Assembly: GCA_013239625.1 (NCBI GenBank)
Contig: MU053184.1
Location: 78,220-142,219, forward strand
Direction of reading: 5' to 3'
DNA length: 64,000 nt
DNA from: Lama guanicoe
Lineage: Eukaryota
Below are positions 38,700 through 52,033 of this stretch, piece by piece. A program made the translations under genes and the position numbers. Each line of letters begins with the position of its first letter. The first letter of the stretch is position 1. The notes under the pieces are model-generated. The model did not search any database. It was not told where the DNA came from and worked only from the letters and a program-made list of their open reading frames with translations.

Positions 38700-38890
38700 G
38701 GTTGGAGTGGAATGGGCATTGGGACTGGGGCCAGTTCTGCTCCTGCCTTGCTCCTGAGAAGCCACTTAAATCCTCTGAATTTCAAATTCCTACACTGTGA
38801 AGGGAGAAACAGCCATCTTCCCAGCCTTCCTTTCACCAAGGATCTTAAAAAGAAAAATGGATGTGAATATGCTTTGGGGACTGTACAAAT
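38700..38890 (+). mobile_element. MIR SINE
   Basis: 'aagccacttaaatcctctgaatttcaaattcctacactgtgaaggg'. Confidence 0.6.
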
Positions 38891-39759
38891 GTAGGCCCTT
38901 ATCACTCCTTTCCCAAACATCTGTTGTCAGCTACATGGACAGTGTCTTCCTTTAGTAATGAGGAAATGGGGGTACTGGGATGCTGCAGATTTAAAGCTGC
39001 GTCAAAGGGGAGCACTAACAAGACCAGCTTTTCATGCTTCTTGGCCAGGTTCTTCTCTATGTCCTCATTTCTTCACTATCCCGTCTCCAAAATAGACAAG
39101 ATGGGGCCTTCTTCCCTCCATCAAAGATGGACGTGAGGGCTGGCTGATGGGGCGTTCTGTGAAGGCATCGTGGACCATCATCTGCTATGGAGATGTTGAC
39201 TGAAGGCCACTGAAGGCATTTGGGTTTTTAACTTCTGTTAGACCCCGTGGGACCTTCACAGAGGTTGGTCTGACGGTGCTGTTGTACGCCACTTGTGATC
39301 TGAAATTCACAACACACAGGCCTGCTTCAGGGCAGACACTGACTCGTGTATACACAGAACGTGGAGCGCTTGTGTCCCTTGTTTCGCTCCTACTCTGTTC
39401 TCTATTTCCTTCCTTGTCTTCCCCTGACTTGGCTTGGATTTCTGCTCACCAGCACCTCAGAGGGAGGAGTAGGTTGGTGCATCCCCAGGTGTGACCCATT
39501 CCCCATGTTGATTGCCTGCTGGATGGAGAAGTGCTTCCTTTCCTTTCACTTGCCCTTAAATTCAGCCCTGGATCTCCTAGTCCAAGATTTGCTGAAAGAA
39601 CCCCTATTTTCACTAGAGCAAGTAATTCTCAAGGCATTGAACTTGCAAATGAATTCCTTCACTGCCCAGTCCCCTGTGGTCTGACTCATAGGTTTCCACT
39701 TCCCAGGAGGATGATCTTCTCTGTTTTCCTCCAGTTGCCATCCCCGTTCTTCACAAAGA

Positions 39760-40000
39760 AGGGAATAGCATTTGCTGAATGTCCACTCTATACCAGGGAT
39801 GTTCGTGTACATGGCTCCATTTAATCATCAAGACAGCCGTTTAAGGTACATAATAACCCAGTTAGCTTAAACTCTTTGACCCTACTGTATAGAGATGTGT
39901 AGCTAAACTGAAACTCAAAAAGCTAAGAAGCCACGGGGCTAGGATTTGAAGTGAACTCTCTGTAATTCCAGCGCAGAGAGCTCTCTCTACCACCCCAAGT
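39760..40000 (-). mobile_element. MIR SINE
   Basis: 'atagcatttgctgaatgtccactctataccaggg...ggggctaggatttgaa...tccagcgcagagagctctctctaccac'. Confidence 0.55.
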
Positions 40001-41249
40001 GGTTTTTCCAAGGCTTTTCTCTCTCAGGTTTTCCTGACAAGCCCTCCCTCTCTACCCATTAAAATCAAAGGAACAGTTTGATCCCATGGTTCCTCGACCT
40101 TCATCTTTCCCTGCTGAAGAGCACATATATTTTTAATTTTGTCCTCGAGTGTGCTGGGATGCTGACCAAATCCATCCAGACAGGGACACCTGGAGCTGCT
40201 TCACGCTCAGCAGAGGAGTTTCCTGGGGGAGGAGAAGGGCTCCACCCAAAAGGCTTAGAAATGATGTGTTGGTTTTCTTGATAATTGGATTGTGAGAGTT
40301 TTCAGGGAAAGAGTCTGAATCCAGAGAAGCACAATCTAAATGTAAATGAATGTTTACATGAGTATTTAGAGGGACTCTGGGGTTGGAATACTGATGTGGT
40401 GGTGTTTGGTAATGAGCAGGGAGCTGATTTTGGAGCCCAGCGGTGGGGATTACCCCTCCTCCTCCTCCTGTCCCCATCTTGAGAGAGGGAAACAGATCTA
40501 CTCTGGCTTGAGGACCTCACAGAGGCTGTTTAAGCCTTGTTGTCAATCAGTCGATGAAAACACGATAATGGAAAAACACTTATTGAGCTATAAAAGGAGC
40601 TGCAGAAATGGCCCCAGCCTCCCAGAAGTTACAGTCCAACCAGACTTCCCTTAGGGAATCTGTCTTATGGTCCAATGCAACCGTCTTCCTTGTCCTTGAC
40701 CTTCCTGCTGCACTTCACATCATAGATGGCTGCTCTTCCTCAGCTGCTCAGATCTCAGGGGGCCCAGGACTCAAGACCTGAGCTTTGGCTCTTGGCTCTG
40801 CTTTCTCTCCCCGAGACAGCACATCCGTCCTCTTCATTCTGTTGGCTCCCCTCTACTGTTGATTATTCCCCCAACTTGAACTTGTGGGTAAGCAGTGTTC
40901 TTCAACCCAAGTGCTCAGATCCTATCCTTAAGAACGACCTTGTCCCCTTGCAGCAGAGAGCATGTCTAATACTACACTGTGCCCTGAAGGGCAGAGCCCA
41001 TAGTAGATGCTCAAAAACTGGGTTTTTAATCCTTGCACACAAAACCAGACAAACATTCAACTTTCAACAAATATGTAATGAGCGTGGACATAATGAACGG
41101 TTTTAACATTAACACATTAATACAGGTAACACACAGAATCACGTGATCCTTCCTCCACCTGACCCTCTACCAGGCTAAAAAATACATGAAGACAACAGAT
41201 TTTTCTTGGGTGGGGAGTAAGTATATGATTGGGAACACCATTTGTTCTC

Positions 41250-41900
41250 TCAGTTCAGTTAATTCAATTAAAAACAATTTATTGAGCCTCCACCGTGTTC
41301 CAGGCCGGCCGTGAACTAGGTGCTAAGATGTGACTGTATCTGCTCTGCCCTCTGGGGATCACATTCCAGAAGGAGAGACAGGCATAAAAGTTCACAGTGC
41401 AACATGATGAGGGGTTGACTCCATGTGAGGGGATGCAGCTTCTGAGAGGCAAGGAAGATGATCAGAAAAGCATCCTAAGAAAAGGAAATATCTGAGTTTT
41501 TTAAAATAAACGCTGAATAGAAGTGGGCTAGGCAAGAACCAGGAAAGGGCATGCCTGGCAGAGGGCGCTATGTGGGCAAAGCCAGGAATGGCGTGGGAGC
41601 AGGGCGTGCAGGTGGGAGATCTGAGTGGCTTCTCATTGGAGTATTACTGAAGAACAGGGGCGGTGGCAAGAGATGAGGGCAGAGGGAGGAAATAAAGCCA
41701 GAGGGTTCCTGCAGCTCACCTTCAAGTCTTATTCTTTCTCTTGGAGCCATGTGGAAGAGAGGCATGGCCCCGAGCTGCTGCAAAGGAGACTGAAGCAGAG
41801 TGGGGCTGTCGGCCCAGAGCCCAGCCTGGAGCCTATTGCAGGAGTCCAGAGGAGAGAGAATGAAGGAGTAGAGATGAGAGAGATGGGACAGATGCACTTT
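41250..41900 (-). mobile_element. L2 LINE 3' fragment
   Basis: 'ttcaattaaaaacaatttattgagcctccaccgtgttccaggc...ctgccctctggggatcacattccagaaggagagacag' reverse L2 terminus and body. Confidence 0.75.
41555..41570 (+). promoter_or_regulatory. Candidate CTCF motif
   Basis: CTGGCAGAGGGCGCTA vs CC(A/G)(C/G)(C/T)AG(A/G)(G/T)GGC(A/G)C core, one mismatch. Confidence 0.4.
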
Positions 41901-43269
41901 TTTTTACCATAAAAATGAGGACGAGGAAAATAGGGGACATAATTCATCCTTGTTCCCCCAACTCTCTACTGCAAGGAACAGGATCTGATGCGTTGTAGCG
42001 CTCAATAAATGTGTAAATGAATGAATAACCCCAAATCCTTATCTGATTGCTACTGTGGGTTCAAATTAAAAAGTAAAACCAAAAAAAAAAAAAAACCCAA
42101 AACAAAACCAGGAGGTGGGTCTGGGAAGAATGTGTGGAACAGTTTGTGCAAACAATAAATAGCATCACAAGACTTTTGTTGTTTGTAGACTGGAGGAATT
42201 GGCACCAGACAGAGTTTGATTAACTGAGATCCAGCTGGATTGTTTCTAGTAAAATGCATGGCCTTGAATGATGCATTTAAATTATCCAAGATCTAATTTT
42301 CTTATCTATCTTTACGATGGAGATGATGGTGTTCTCCTCACAGACGTGTTGGGAAGATTAAAAGAGAAAATGTATGTCAAAATATTCTGTAGCCTGTAAG
42401 GGCTGTGGAATGTTAGCCTTCACTAAGGACTACTCTGGCTAGTGAATTGGACGCCAGTCAACAGGGCTGGTTTTGGAAAGTCAACCAGATGCCGACAAAG
42501 CTTTCACTGCATCCAGTCCTGGCTGGTCCCTGTGGGGAGACCAGAGCCATACAAGCCACAGTTCCTGAAATGCTGCTCTCTTCCTTCTATATTCTGATGC
42601 TCTCTTTCCTGATTTTGCTTTTCTTCCTGCACCTGCCCTAGGCTGCCCTTGCCTGGTGCCCACTTCATAGCAGGCACCCAGGATGACGTCACCCCTTCTC
42701 CAGGTCAGACACTAATGCCCCTCTAGATAAGTAGGTGTGGCTGTGAGCCCCTAGGCGGCAGCAGGACACTGGAGAGGTGATGGAGTGCTGGGGAGGTGGC
42801 AGGGCTCCCTTGGTGGAGTGTGGTCTGCCATGGGAATTGCTAAAAGGCAGTTGTACTAAGGGTTCTCTCCTACCTAAGCCTACTAAGGTTGAAAGGTGTG
42901 CGTCTGTGAGTTGAGGGTGATACTCAAAAACCATGCCAGCATGATAGAGCAGATAAAACCAGCTGCAGGTCAGATAGTAATTGCATTTTTGCATTTACAA
43001 AGCCCTTTCACTTCCATTCCATCACATGCTGCTGACAGTATCTGGATGGGTTGGGGGCCATTACTTCTATTTGTCCAAAGAAGAAACCAAAGAGCTTGCA
43101 ACAACTCACCCAAGCTTCCCTGACTGGTGACTGGAAGGGTGCGAGTCCAGAAAAGAGCTCTCTGATTCCACGTGTTTTCATTCTTTGCTGCCTTTGGCAG
43201 ACGAACATGGGTGCAGTGCTGGTTTTTGTAGCAAGCTCTATTTGGTAGGAATGTTTGAAGAAAACTTTA

Positions 43270-43612
43270 AAAAGTTAACCTTCTTTCTGACACAAAAGTA
43301 ATAAATGTTTTGTAGAAACTAAAAACACCAAGATGTCTAAAGAAAAATCTACAAATTATTCCGAATCTCACCATTCCGAGATAAACACTGTTAACACTTG
43401 CTGCATTTCTTTCAGTCTTTCTTTTGTGCTTATGTTTGGCTGAGACTGCAATTTGTATGCAGTTATGTATTCCACTTTTCCACTGAACATTCTATCACAA
43501 GCATTTTCCCATGCCATTAAAAGCTCTGATAAATGTGATTTTTATTGGCTTCATAATTCGTATGTACATATACCCTAATTGACATAAGCAATCCTTGTTC
43601 TTTGGCCACTTA
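43270..43612 (-). mobile_element. L1ME-type 3' end
   Basis: 'gagataaacactgttaacacttg...tttccactgaacattctatcacaagcattttcccatgccattaaa...ggccacttagg'. Confidence 0.7.
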
Positions 43613-44127
43613 GGGAGGAATTTTTTGATTCATTCCTCAGGTTCCATAGACACCAAAGCAGCATCCCAGCCGACACCATCTCAGAAGTTTGACTTACCCG
43701 GCTTTTCTCTTTTAGGTCTAAGCACTTTGTGTCTAAGTAAGCCAGCCACTTCTTTATTTAACACACAATAAACACATCCTTCAACAGGAATCTAACATTT
43801 GAACTGGGTAGGGGGAGGTGACACAGTTGGAGAGTTTGCATTATTATAAGGCTTCGAAAACTAAAGCACATGAAACAAATAGTCTGAAACAGATGCTCAT
43901 TGCCGGGCTGGGATGCTCAAGGGATAGGTCTGCAGAGACAGACCCACGTGGTCCACATAAGGGGTGGCTGTCTCCCGTCTCTGACACTCACCTTCAGAAG
44001 CAAATCAGGACCTCACAGGTTTGCTCCCAGAAGTGAGTCCTATGCTCAGTGATTCATGTGTGGACAAAGCCTGGCAACTTCAGTGATATGTGTGTTTGCT
44101 GAATAGCTTGGATATGGAGATCAGCTA

Positions 44128-44612
44128 CAACAGCTAACATGTATTGAGTGTTTTCTGGGTCTCAGCACCTTATCAAGGGGTACCCAAGAACCTCTTTATC
44201 CCCCCAATACCAGAAGGCAGTTAGCACAGGGGTCAAAGACCCAGTGACTAGAGGCAAGCTGCTTGCTAACTGTGTAAATTTAGACAAAAGATTGAACCTG
44301 TTTGTGTTTCTGTGTCCTCAGCTGTAGAATGGAGACAGAAAAATGGCTACATCCTAGGGTGGCTGAGAGGATTAGCTAAGTTAAGACAGGTCAAGCACGT
44401 GGTCTAGTGACTGACACATAGTGAGCATGCAGCAAAGGTGAACTCTCATTACTTAAATCTCCCAAGAAACTGCCTGGTGTCTCCTATTTTTATTTCCATT
44501 TTATGGAGACTCAAATTGAGGCACAGAGAGGTCAGGTGCCTGGCCCAGGGTCACACCGACAGAACAGGAATCCCAACAAGTAGACTCCAGACACTGCACT
44601 CTAATTACTAGG
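44128..44612 (-). mobile_element. MIR (minus) split by a nested plus-strand MIR (~44213-44453)
   Basis: Outer: 'cagctaacatgtattgagtg' ... 'ccattttatggagactcaaattgaggcacagagagg...cagggtcacac'; inner: 'tcctcagctgtagaatggagac...gacacatagtgagcatgcagc'. Confidence 0.7.
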
Positions 44613-45264
44613 TTATACTGCCCAGAGGGAATTTTCCATAGCTCTGCAAAGCAAAGCAGGGCACACTAACTTTTGTATGGGATAAGGTCTTCAAAGATGC
44701 AAGCAGAGCCTGAAAAGGAAAGGGAAGACTGGAGATGCCTGTGTGCCAGGGTCCCAGACAGTAATTGAAAGAATTCCTATAGCTGCCAGAAGTCAGGGAA
44801 GCCAGCTGTAGTATTTTGATCCTTAGAAGGGGGAAGAAATATTTCTGACTGCAACAAAGTGGCCCACGGGATGCTGGCTGCTGTACTGATGATGCAATAG
44901 GTGGAAATGATTCAAATTTGATGGAAGAAAGCACTGTCCCTTCACTGGTGTCCTTGGGTAGACCCCATATGGGGCACTGGCCTGGGCAGAAGGAGTTGGA
45001 GGGAGCTTGATTTTGTTTCAGTCTTTCACTCTTTTTTCCCCTAGTCAGGTTGAAGTCTCATTATACCCCTCCTCACTTCTATTCTTGTCCCTTCCTCACC
45101 AGTAGCAGGAATTTGGTGTGATGTCTATTTATCTATCTACTTCTGTATAACACAAGTGATATTGTACCAACCTTGCTGTTTTCACTCATTTTTGTGTTGT
45201 TGCGATATATGTATGTTGATAGAGATAGCTCCAGTCCATTCATTTTAACAACTGTATAGTATAT

Positions 45265-45555
45265 TACACAATGGAATATTACTCAGCTGTAAAGAGGAAT
45301 GCAATAATGCCATTTGCAGCAATATGTATGGACTTAGAGATGACCATATTAGGTGAAGTAAGTCAAAGACAAATATCATATGATACCACTTACATGTAGG
45401 ATCTTAAAAAATTGACAGAAATGAACTTATCTACAAACTGGATATAGACTCACAGACATAGAAAAAAAAACTATAGTAACCAAAGGGGAAGGGGTAGAGA
45501 GGGGATCAATTAGGAGTTTGGGATTAACATATACACACTATTATATATTAAATAG
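45265..45555 (+). mobile_element. Younger L1 ORF2 end/3' UTR fragment nested in old L1
   Basis: 'acacaatggaatattactcagc...gccatttgcagcaatatgtatggacttagag...gactcacagacatagaa...ggagtttgggattaacatatacac', same family as 1650-1940. Confidence 0.85.
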
Positions 45556-48500
45556 TATTAAACCTAGTTCAATGGTAAAAGAAATGCATGAAGATTTTCT
45601 GGTTTTGGTGTCAAGTTATCGTATAAAATGAGCAGCATAATTTTTCATTTTTTCCCCTGTTGCTTAAAACTGTTTGGATATATAAGGATTACATGTGAGT
45701 TTTTTGTTTTTTCTTTTGACTGTTTGATAAAACTTGTAAACTATTTGGATTAGCTTTCTTTTTAAGGAGAAGGGAGGATGATGATATTGGAAGGTATTTG
45801 ACTAGGAATGGAATTGTTGAACTAGATAAGCAACTGCTAAATTGCTCTCCAAAGTGATTATACCAATTTATACTTCTACCAGCATCACACGAGATTTACT
45901 GTTTCCCCACATTCTCTCCAACATCTGGTATTATTTAACTTACCTGATGATAATGTTGTAGTTTTAAATTTGCATCTAACTTATGATTAGGGACATTAAG
46001 TTTCCCCCCTTTGGAGAATTGCTTGCCTACATATTTGACCATTTTGCTAGTGGTGTGTTTTGTCTTTTTCTTAATGATTTTAGGAATTCTTTACATTGCC
46101 TGCATTCAAATCCACATGGCTAGCTAGCTCTACCTATTAGTTCATAAATATAGTCTATATTTTATTATAATAATTATAAAAGTTTTTTTTTTACATATAG
46201 ACATTTAACTTGTCTGGGGTTTATTTTTGTGTACAGTATGATCCTGAGATTCAGTTTATCTTTTGTCATGTGGAAAACCAGTTGTAGAGTTGCCATTCAG
46301 TTTATTTAATTCAGCTATTGGTTTTTTTCAGAGATTTTAATTTTTTCTTGGGTTTTTGTGTGTGCATATATGTGTGTATGGGGGTGTGTGTGTGAAAACA
46401 CACATATCTATTTGTATAGCCTTATCTATCTGTAGGTATATATCTATCTACCTATAAATTTCTATGTCTAATTTTTTGAATTTATAGGAATTCAGTTTTT
46501 TTCATAGGATATTCTTATGTAGATACAGGTTATCACTTTTCCTTTCTTTTTTCATTGGACAGACTTGCTTGTGGTTTTTCCTTTTTACTGGCCATTAAAA
46601 AACAGCTTTTAGTTTTATAGGTCATTGACATATTTTTTCCATGAACTCCTGTCTTTTAAAATTTATTCACTTCTACTTTCTTTGGATTTAATCGGCTTTT
46701 CTTTTTCCTGCTTCTTGAATTGAATGTTTAACTCATTTATTTTCAATATTTAATACATAAATTTAAGACTATAAATTTTTCTGTAATTTTTCTCTGCTGT
46801 CACTGACTGGCATAAATTTGATATATACTGTTTTCATTGTTACTCAGTTCCAAATATTTCATAACTTCCGTTATATGTTTTTTCCTTTAACTCATTGGTT
46901 GCTTAGAAATGTGATTTTTACTTTCCAAATGTATGCTTTTAATCTTTTTCTGTTTCATTTTTTATTATAATTACTTTCAGGTCACATTGTGAATTCTTTA
47001 TGGCATAGATTCTATGGGATCTCTGGAAACAACCTGTATGACCTAATAGGTGATCAACTTATAATCCATGTGCGTGAAAAGAATGCACGTTCACCACTGG
47101 GGTGGCAGGGCTCTTTCTATCATTGTTAGATCAAGATTGACATTAGGGCTGTTCAAATCTATCTATTTGCTAATTGTTGGTCTGGTTGTTCTCTTCCTAA
47201 TTGATGTGTGAAGAAAAGTCCCACTAGCTATGTCAGTTTGTCAACTCAGTGTAATTCTGTCACTTTTTGCTTTACGTGATGAGATGCTGTTGGGCACACT
47301 CAGTTTCATGACTTTTATCTCGTTGGTGGATTTTTCCTTTTATCATTATAGTTTCCCTCTTTGTGACAGGTGTAGTTAGTGCTCTGCATCCTTGCTGTTG
47401 GGTTGGGGCCAGCTGCCTAGTTCTGGGGAAGGTACTATGAGGAGAAGTGACATGTGTCACCTTTATTTCTCTCTTCCCCTTATAGGATCATCTTGGAAGC
47501 CATATGTTCCAGATGATATAGCTGCACTATGGAGGCAGGCCTCTTACCCTGTGTTAGACTTTCTATAGTAAGCTGTTGGGATTTTAGGAGTTGGTCAGTC
47601 ATAGCAGCTAGTGTTAATTATCCTAAAATACATTCTTATTTTTAGGCTTTTTGCCATAAATTCTTTTACTCATTTTGTTAATATTTCCCTATTATATATC
47701 CTTTTTAATTCCTTTTGTTCATCCTTTCTATCAATTCCTTTACATTTAACATCTATGTTCAACCTTGCTTTAAATGCTTATTTTTTAAAACAAAATGTTG
47801 CTGGGTTAAAATTCACTTAGGTGTCTCTGTTTTGTTTAAACTATTGAATTTAATTTTGTTTGTTGTTATTTCTGGTATCTTTGGTCTTATTGCTACCATC
47901 TTATTTTGTTTTGTATCTAACAAGTTATTTCTTTGCTTCTTCCCCCCCCCTTTACTTTTTGCTTTTTATTGGAGTTCTTAAGTTTTCTCTCTTTGTTTTT
48001 AGTTCTTGGTGGTACTCCTTAAATTTTAATAAATGCAATCTTTTAAATGTATTTTTATTTCTTTATTTTCATTTTGTAATAATTTCAGAATTGCAGAAGG
48101 TTGCAAAAATGGTACAGATAATTCCAGCATACCCTTCTTCTTCATCCCCAAATAGTCACAGTAAAATTATCAAAACTAGGAAATTAATGTCAGTGCAATA
48201 CTAATCCTTAATCTATAAGCTGTATCCACATTTTTTCAATTGTCCCTGAACTATACTTTTCTGGGACCAGGATCCAATCCAGGATCACTCATTGCATTTA
48301 GTTGTTATATCTTCTTGGTCTCCTCCCATCTGGAACAATTCTTCACTTTTCTTTATCTTTTGTGACCTTTACATTTTGAAAAGTATAAGCCAAATATGTT
48401 TTGTAGAATGATCTTCACTTTGGGTTCGCCTGACATTTCTTCATAATTAAATTCAGGTTATTTACTTTTGGCCAGAATAGCACAAACATGGTGTTGTGCT

Positions 48501-50324
48501 CTTAGTACCGTGTGATGCCAGTTTGTTTCATTGCTGGTGATGTTAACTTGATCAGTTGGTTATGGTGATGTCTGTCAGGTTTCACCACTGTAAGGGTACC
48601 ATATTTCCTCTTGCAATTGAGAAATATCTTGTAGGGAGACTATTTGGAGACATGAAACTATGCTGATTCTCATCATACTTTCATTCATTAATTTTAACAT
48701 CCATTGATGATTCTTGCCTACCACTCTTCTTATTAATGGTGCTTGCAAATGGCGATTTTTCTAGCTTATCATTTCTTTTACATTTATTAATTGAAATATA
48801 TTATTAGGAAGAGCTGTCCCCTTTCTGTACTTATTTTATTCCTATCATTGTATACTCACTTTTACTCCTATGGGTCATAATCTTTTACTATCATCATTCA
48901 TATTATTGCTCAAAATGTCTCATATTTGCCATTGGGAGTTTCCTCAAGTTGGTTTCTGTGCTTTTTGAGATGCTCCCATCATTTTTTTGAGAACTTCTGT
49001 ACTTTTGACACCACAAGGTATTCCAGCTCATCTTATACTATCCTTGACCCAGCCCTGAAATCTGCCATTTCTCCAAGGAGTTCTGGTTCCTTTTGTTGGA
49101 AATCAGATTCTGAAACCAAAATCTGGTGGCTAGGTGTGTTCTTTGCTACTGTGGTATCATTGCTTCTAGGTCCTCTTAGTAGGCAAAATTGGAAGGTCAT
49201 TTCATATCAGTTCATAGAATCTTCCTCTTTCTACTTATAGCTGCACAGTATTCCATTGTGTGGATGTATGATAGTTCAGCTCCTCTCCTATATGTGAGTA
49301 TTTAGGCTGTTCCCAATATTTTGCAATTTCAAGCAGTACTGCAAGGAATAACCTCATGCATGTGTATTTTTGTGTTATTGGAGGTATATCTTCAGGGTGA
49401 ATTCCTCAAAGTAGAATTGCTGCATCAAATGACAAGTGCATATATAATTTGTTACATGTTGACAACTCCTAAAATGTTGTAGTTATTTCCATTTTCATAA
49501 CAGAATCTGAGAGCAATTACTTCCCATTTCACCACAAATTTCTCAGTAGAATGTGTAGTTTTTAAAAATGTCACTAATCTGGTTAAGAAAAGATACCTCA
49601 TTATTTTTATCTACATTTATCAAGTTATCAGTGAGTTTAATATCTTTTTTATGTTTGGGGCCTTATTTATATCTTTCTTTTGGTAAATTTTCTGCTCATG
49701 TCTTCTTCCAATTTTTCGTTTCTTTCATTCATACTTTGTCCCTCAATTTTCAGGAGTTCTTTATATGTTGGTGATATTAGACCTTTGTGTTACCTTCTGC
49801 AAGTAGTTTCTCCCAGTTTGGCAGTTATCCCTTTGACTTTGCTTGTGTTATCTTCTTTTTTCATAAATAATAAAATATTTTAAAAACAAACATTTATTTT
49901 TATAAACAAATGTTACAGAAACATTTATCAATCTTTTCTTTTGTTATTTCTGGATTTTGCATCCCACTTAGAATGCCTTTCCCTGTACTAATGTGAAAGA
50001 GAAATTCGTCTATATTTTCTTTTATTATTTGTATGGTTCTGCTCACTCTTTCCATTTTATTTTTATCCAGTATTTCTTTTCCTTGAGTTTTTCTTTCTCA
50101 TGTCGTTATTATTTCTATGATAAGCAGTCACACCTTATTTAGGTATATCCATAAGTTTGCCAATATTTTTATCATTACCTTTCAAGTCCTTCTTTTTTCA
50201 TTCCAGGTTCACTTTCTTCCTGAAGTGTACTTCTGGTAGGTATTTCAAAAAAACAAAAATCTGTGTATAATAAACTCTTTCAGTCTTTATCTACAAATGC
50301 CATTTTTTTTAGCATTTATTCTTA

Positions 50325-50477
50325 TTTATTTATTTATTTATATTTTAAAACATTTTTTATTGAGTTATAGTCATTTTAAAATGTTGTGTCAAATTCCAGT
50401 GTAGAGCACAATTTTTCAGTTATACATGAACATACATATATTCATTGTCACATTTTTTTTTGATGTGGACTATCACA
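50325..50477 (-). mobile_element. Young 5'-truncated camelid-type L1 3' end
   Basis: (TTTA)n tail + 'ttttattgagttatagtcattttaaaatgttgtgtcaaattccagtgtagagcac'; perfect 17-bp TSD tttagcatttattctta (50308-50324 / 50478-50494). Confidence 0.88.
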
Positions 50478-51107
50478 TTTAGCATTTATTCTTAAATGAT
50501 GGTTTAGCTAGATAGCATATTCCATTGTCTTCCAGCATCTGCTGTGGTTGGTGGGAAGTCTTCAGTCAGCCTAACTGTTGTTGCTTAATAATTTCTCTTT
50601 TAGTCTCTGATAGCTTTTAAAGCTCTCTTTGTTTCTGATGTACTGTTTTATGACAATGTGTGTAAGTGTGTATATTTATTTATTTTTTTATTTATTCTCA
50701 AGATTTTGTATGTTCCTTCAATATGAGGGCTTCTGTCTTCATTTCTGGAAAAAATTCTTGAGTATTATCTGTGAATAGTTACTCTTTTTCATTCTTTCTC
50801 TTTCCATGTTCTGAAACTCCTAATGTGTATGTTGGAAATTACTATACCTTTGCTGTGTCTTAACTCTTTTTCATATTTTCTGTCTCTGTGTTCCATTCTG
50901 AACAATTTCCTTATATCTATTTTTATATTTCCCTTAATCTCTCAGTGATTCTGTCTAGTTTTCTGTTCAACTCTACCATTGAATTTTTTTCACTGAGTGT
51001 GTATTTTTATTTCTAGATTTCCTATTTGATTCTTTTTCAAATCTTTTCTTTTTTATACTGCCCTATTTTTGCCATATAATTTCTATTCCTGCTGTTAGCT
51101 TTTGAAC

Positions 51108-52033
51108 CAGAGGCAGATCAAGGATTTGTGGAACCCAAAACTTATACAGTTTGGAAGGCCCCTCTTTAAGAAAAAAGAGTAAACAATTAGAACTACAAAA
51201 TTAAGTTAATATTTCTTTGGAATGAGAAAAGAAATCACAAAAAGTTATAGGTTTCAAAAAGCTGACGAATACCACAAATATCACACAAAGTCCACCCCAA
51301 AAAATCAGAATACTTTTATTAATTAGCTGCCTAACACTGCTCTATCCTTGATTTCCTCTTTCTAGGACAAGCTTGTAATATTGGTTTTAAGGGGGAAACA
51401 GAAAGAAAACTCAGTCTTTTCTCTAGTATGTTTGATCAGAATTTAACTTTTGTTATTTGTGGTTTATAAAAGTTAATATCAGCTTCACACATAGCTTCTG
51501 GCAATATCACACATTTTAAGAATCGCTGTCAAATTTGGGAAAACCTCTAATTTCTTTCATACATGATCTGCAAGAATTGAAAGAATTCGCTATGTATGAG
51601 CCTTTGGCTCTCTACATTTCAGTTTTTTTCTTTTATACATATTTGTGGCGCAGGGTACTCTAGGACAAGTTTATAATAGGGTATAGTCTCTGGTCGTGTA
51701 CCTTCATGTCACTTCATGGAAATGACTCCATAAATATGAACTATATAAATATGTCCCACTAAATCCAAACTAAATGCATTTTCATCTCCAGACCAATCCC
51801 AAAGATGCCCATTGCCATTCTAATAGCTTCAAATAAAAATAGAAGTGTGAGGCAGAATGGAAGGAAACAGTTGTCTCAACTAATTAAGGTTAAAATATCT
51901 TTTGTAATTTTATAAAAACATGAGGCCAAATGAGTACACTGCTAGGTACTCTCTCAAGGCTTTCGAAAGGGCCTGTGCCCGTGAGAGACCCAGAAGCATT
52001 AGCTTCATTAGCTTTAGAGCAGATCTGCCTCTG
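51108..52033. mobile_element. hAT-Tip100-type non-autonomous DNA transposon (MER115/Zaphod-like)
   Basis: Perfect 12-bp TIRs cagaggcagatc / gatctgcctctg; 8-bp TSD ttttgaac (51100-51107) / ctttgaac (52034-52041). Confidence 0.88.
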
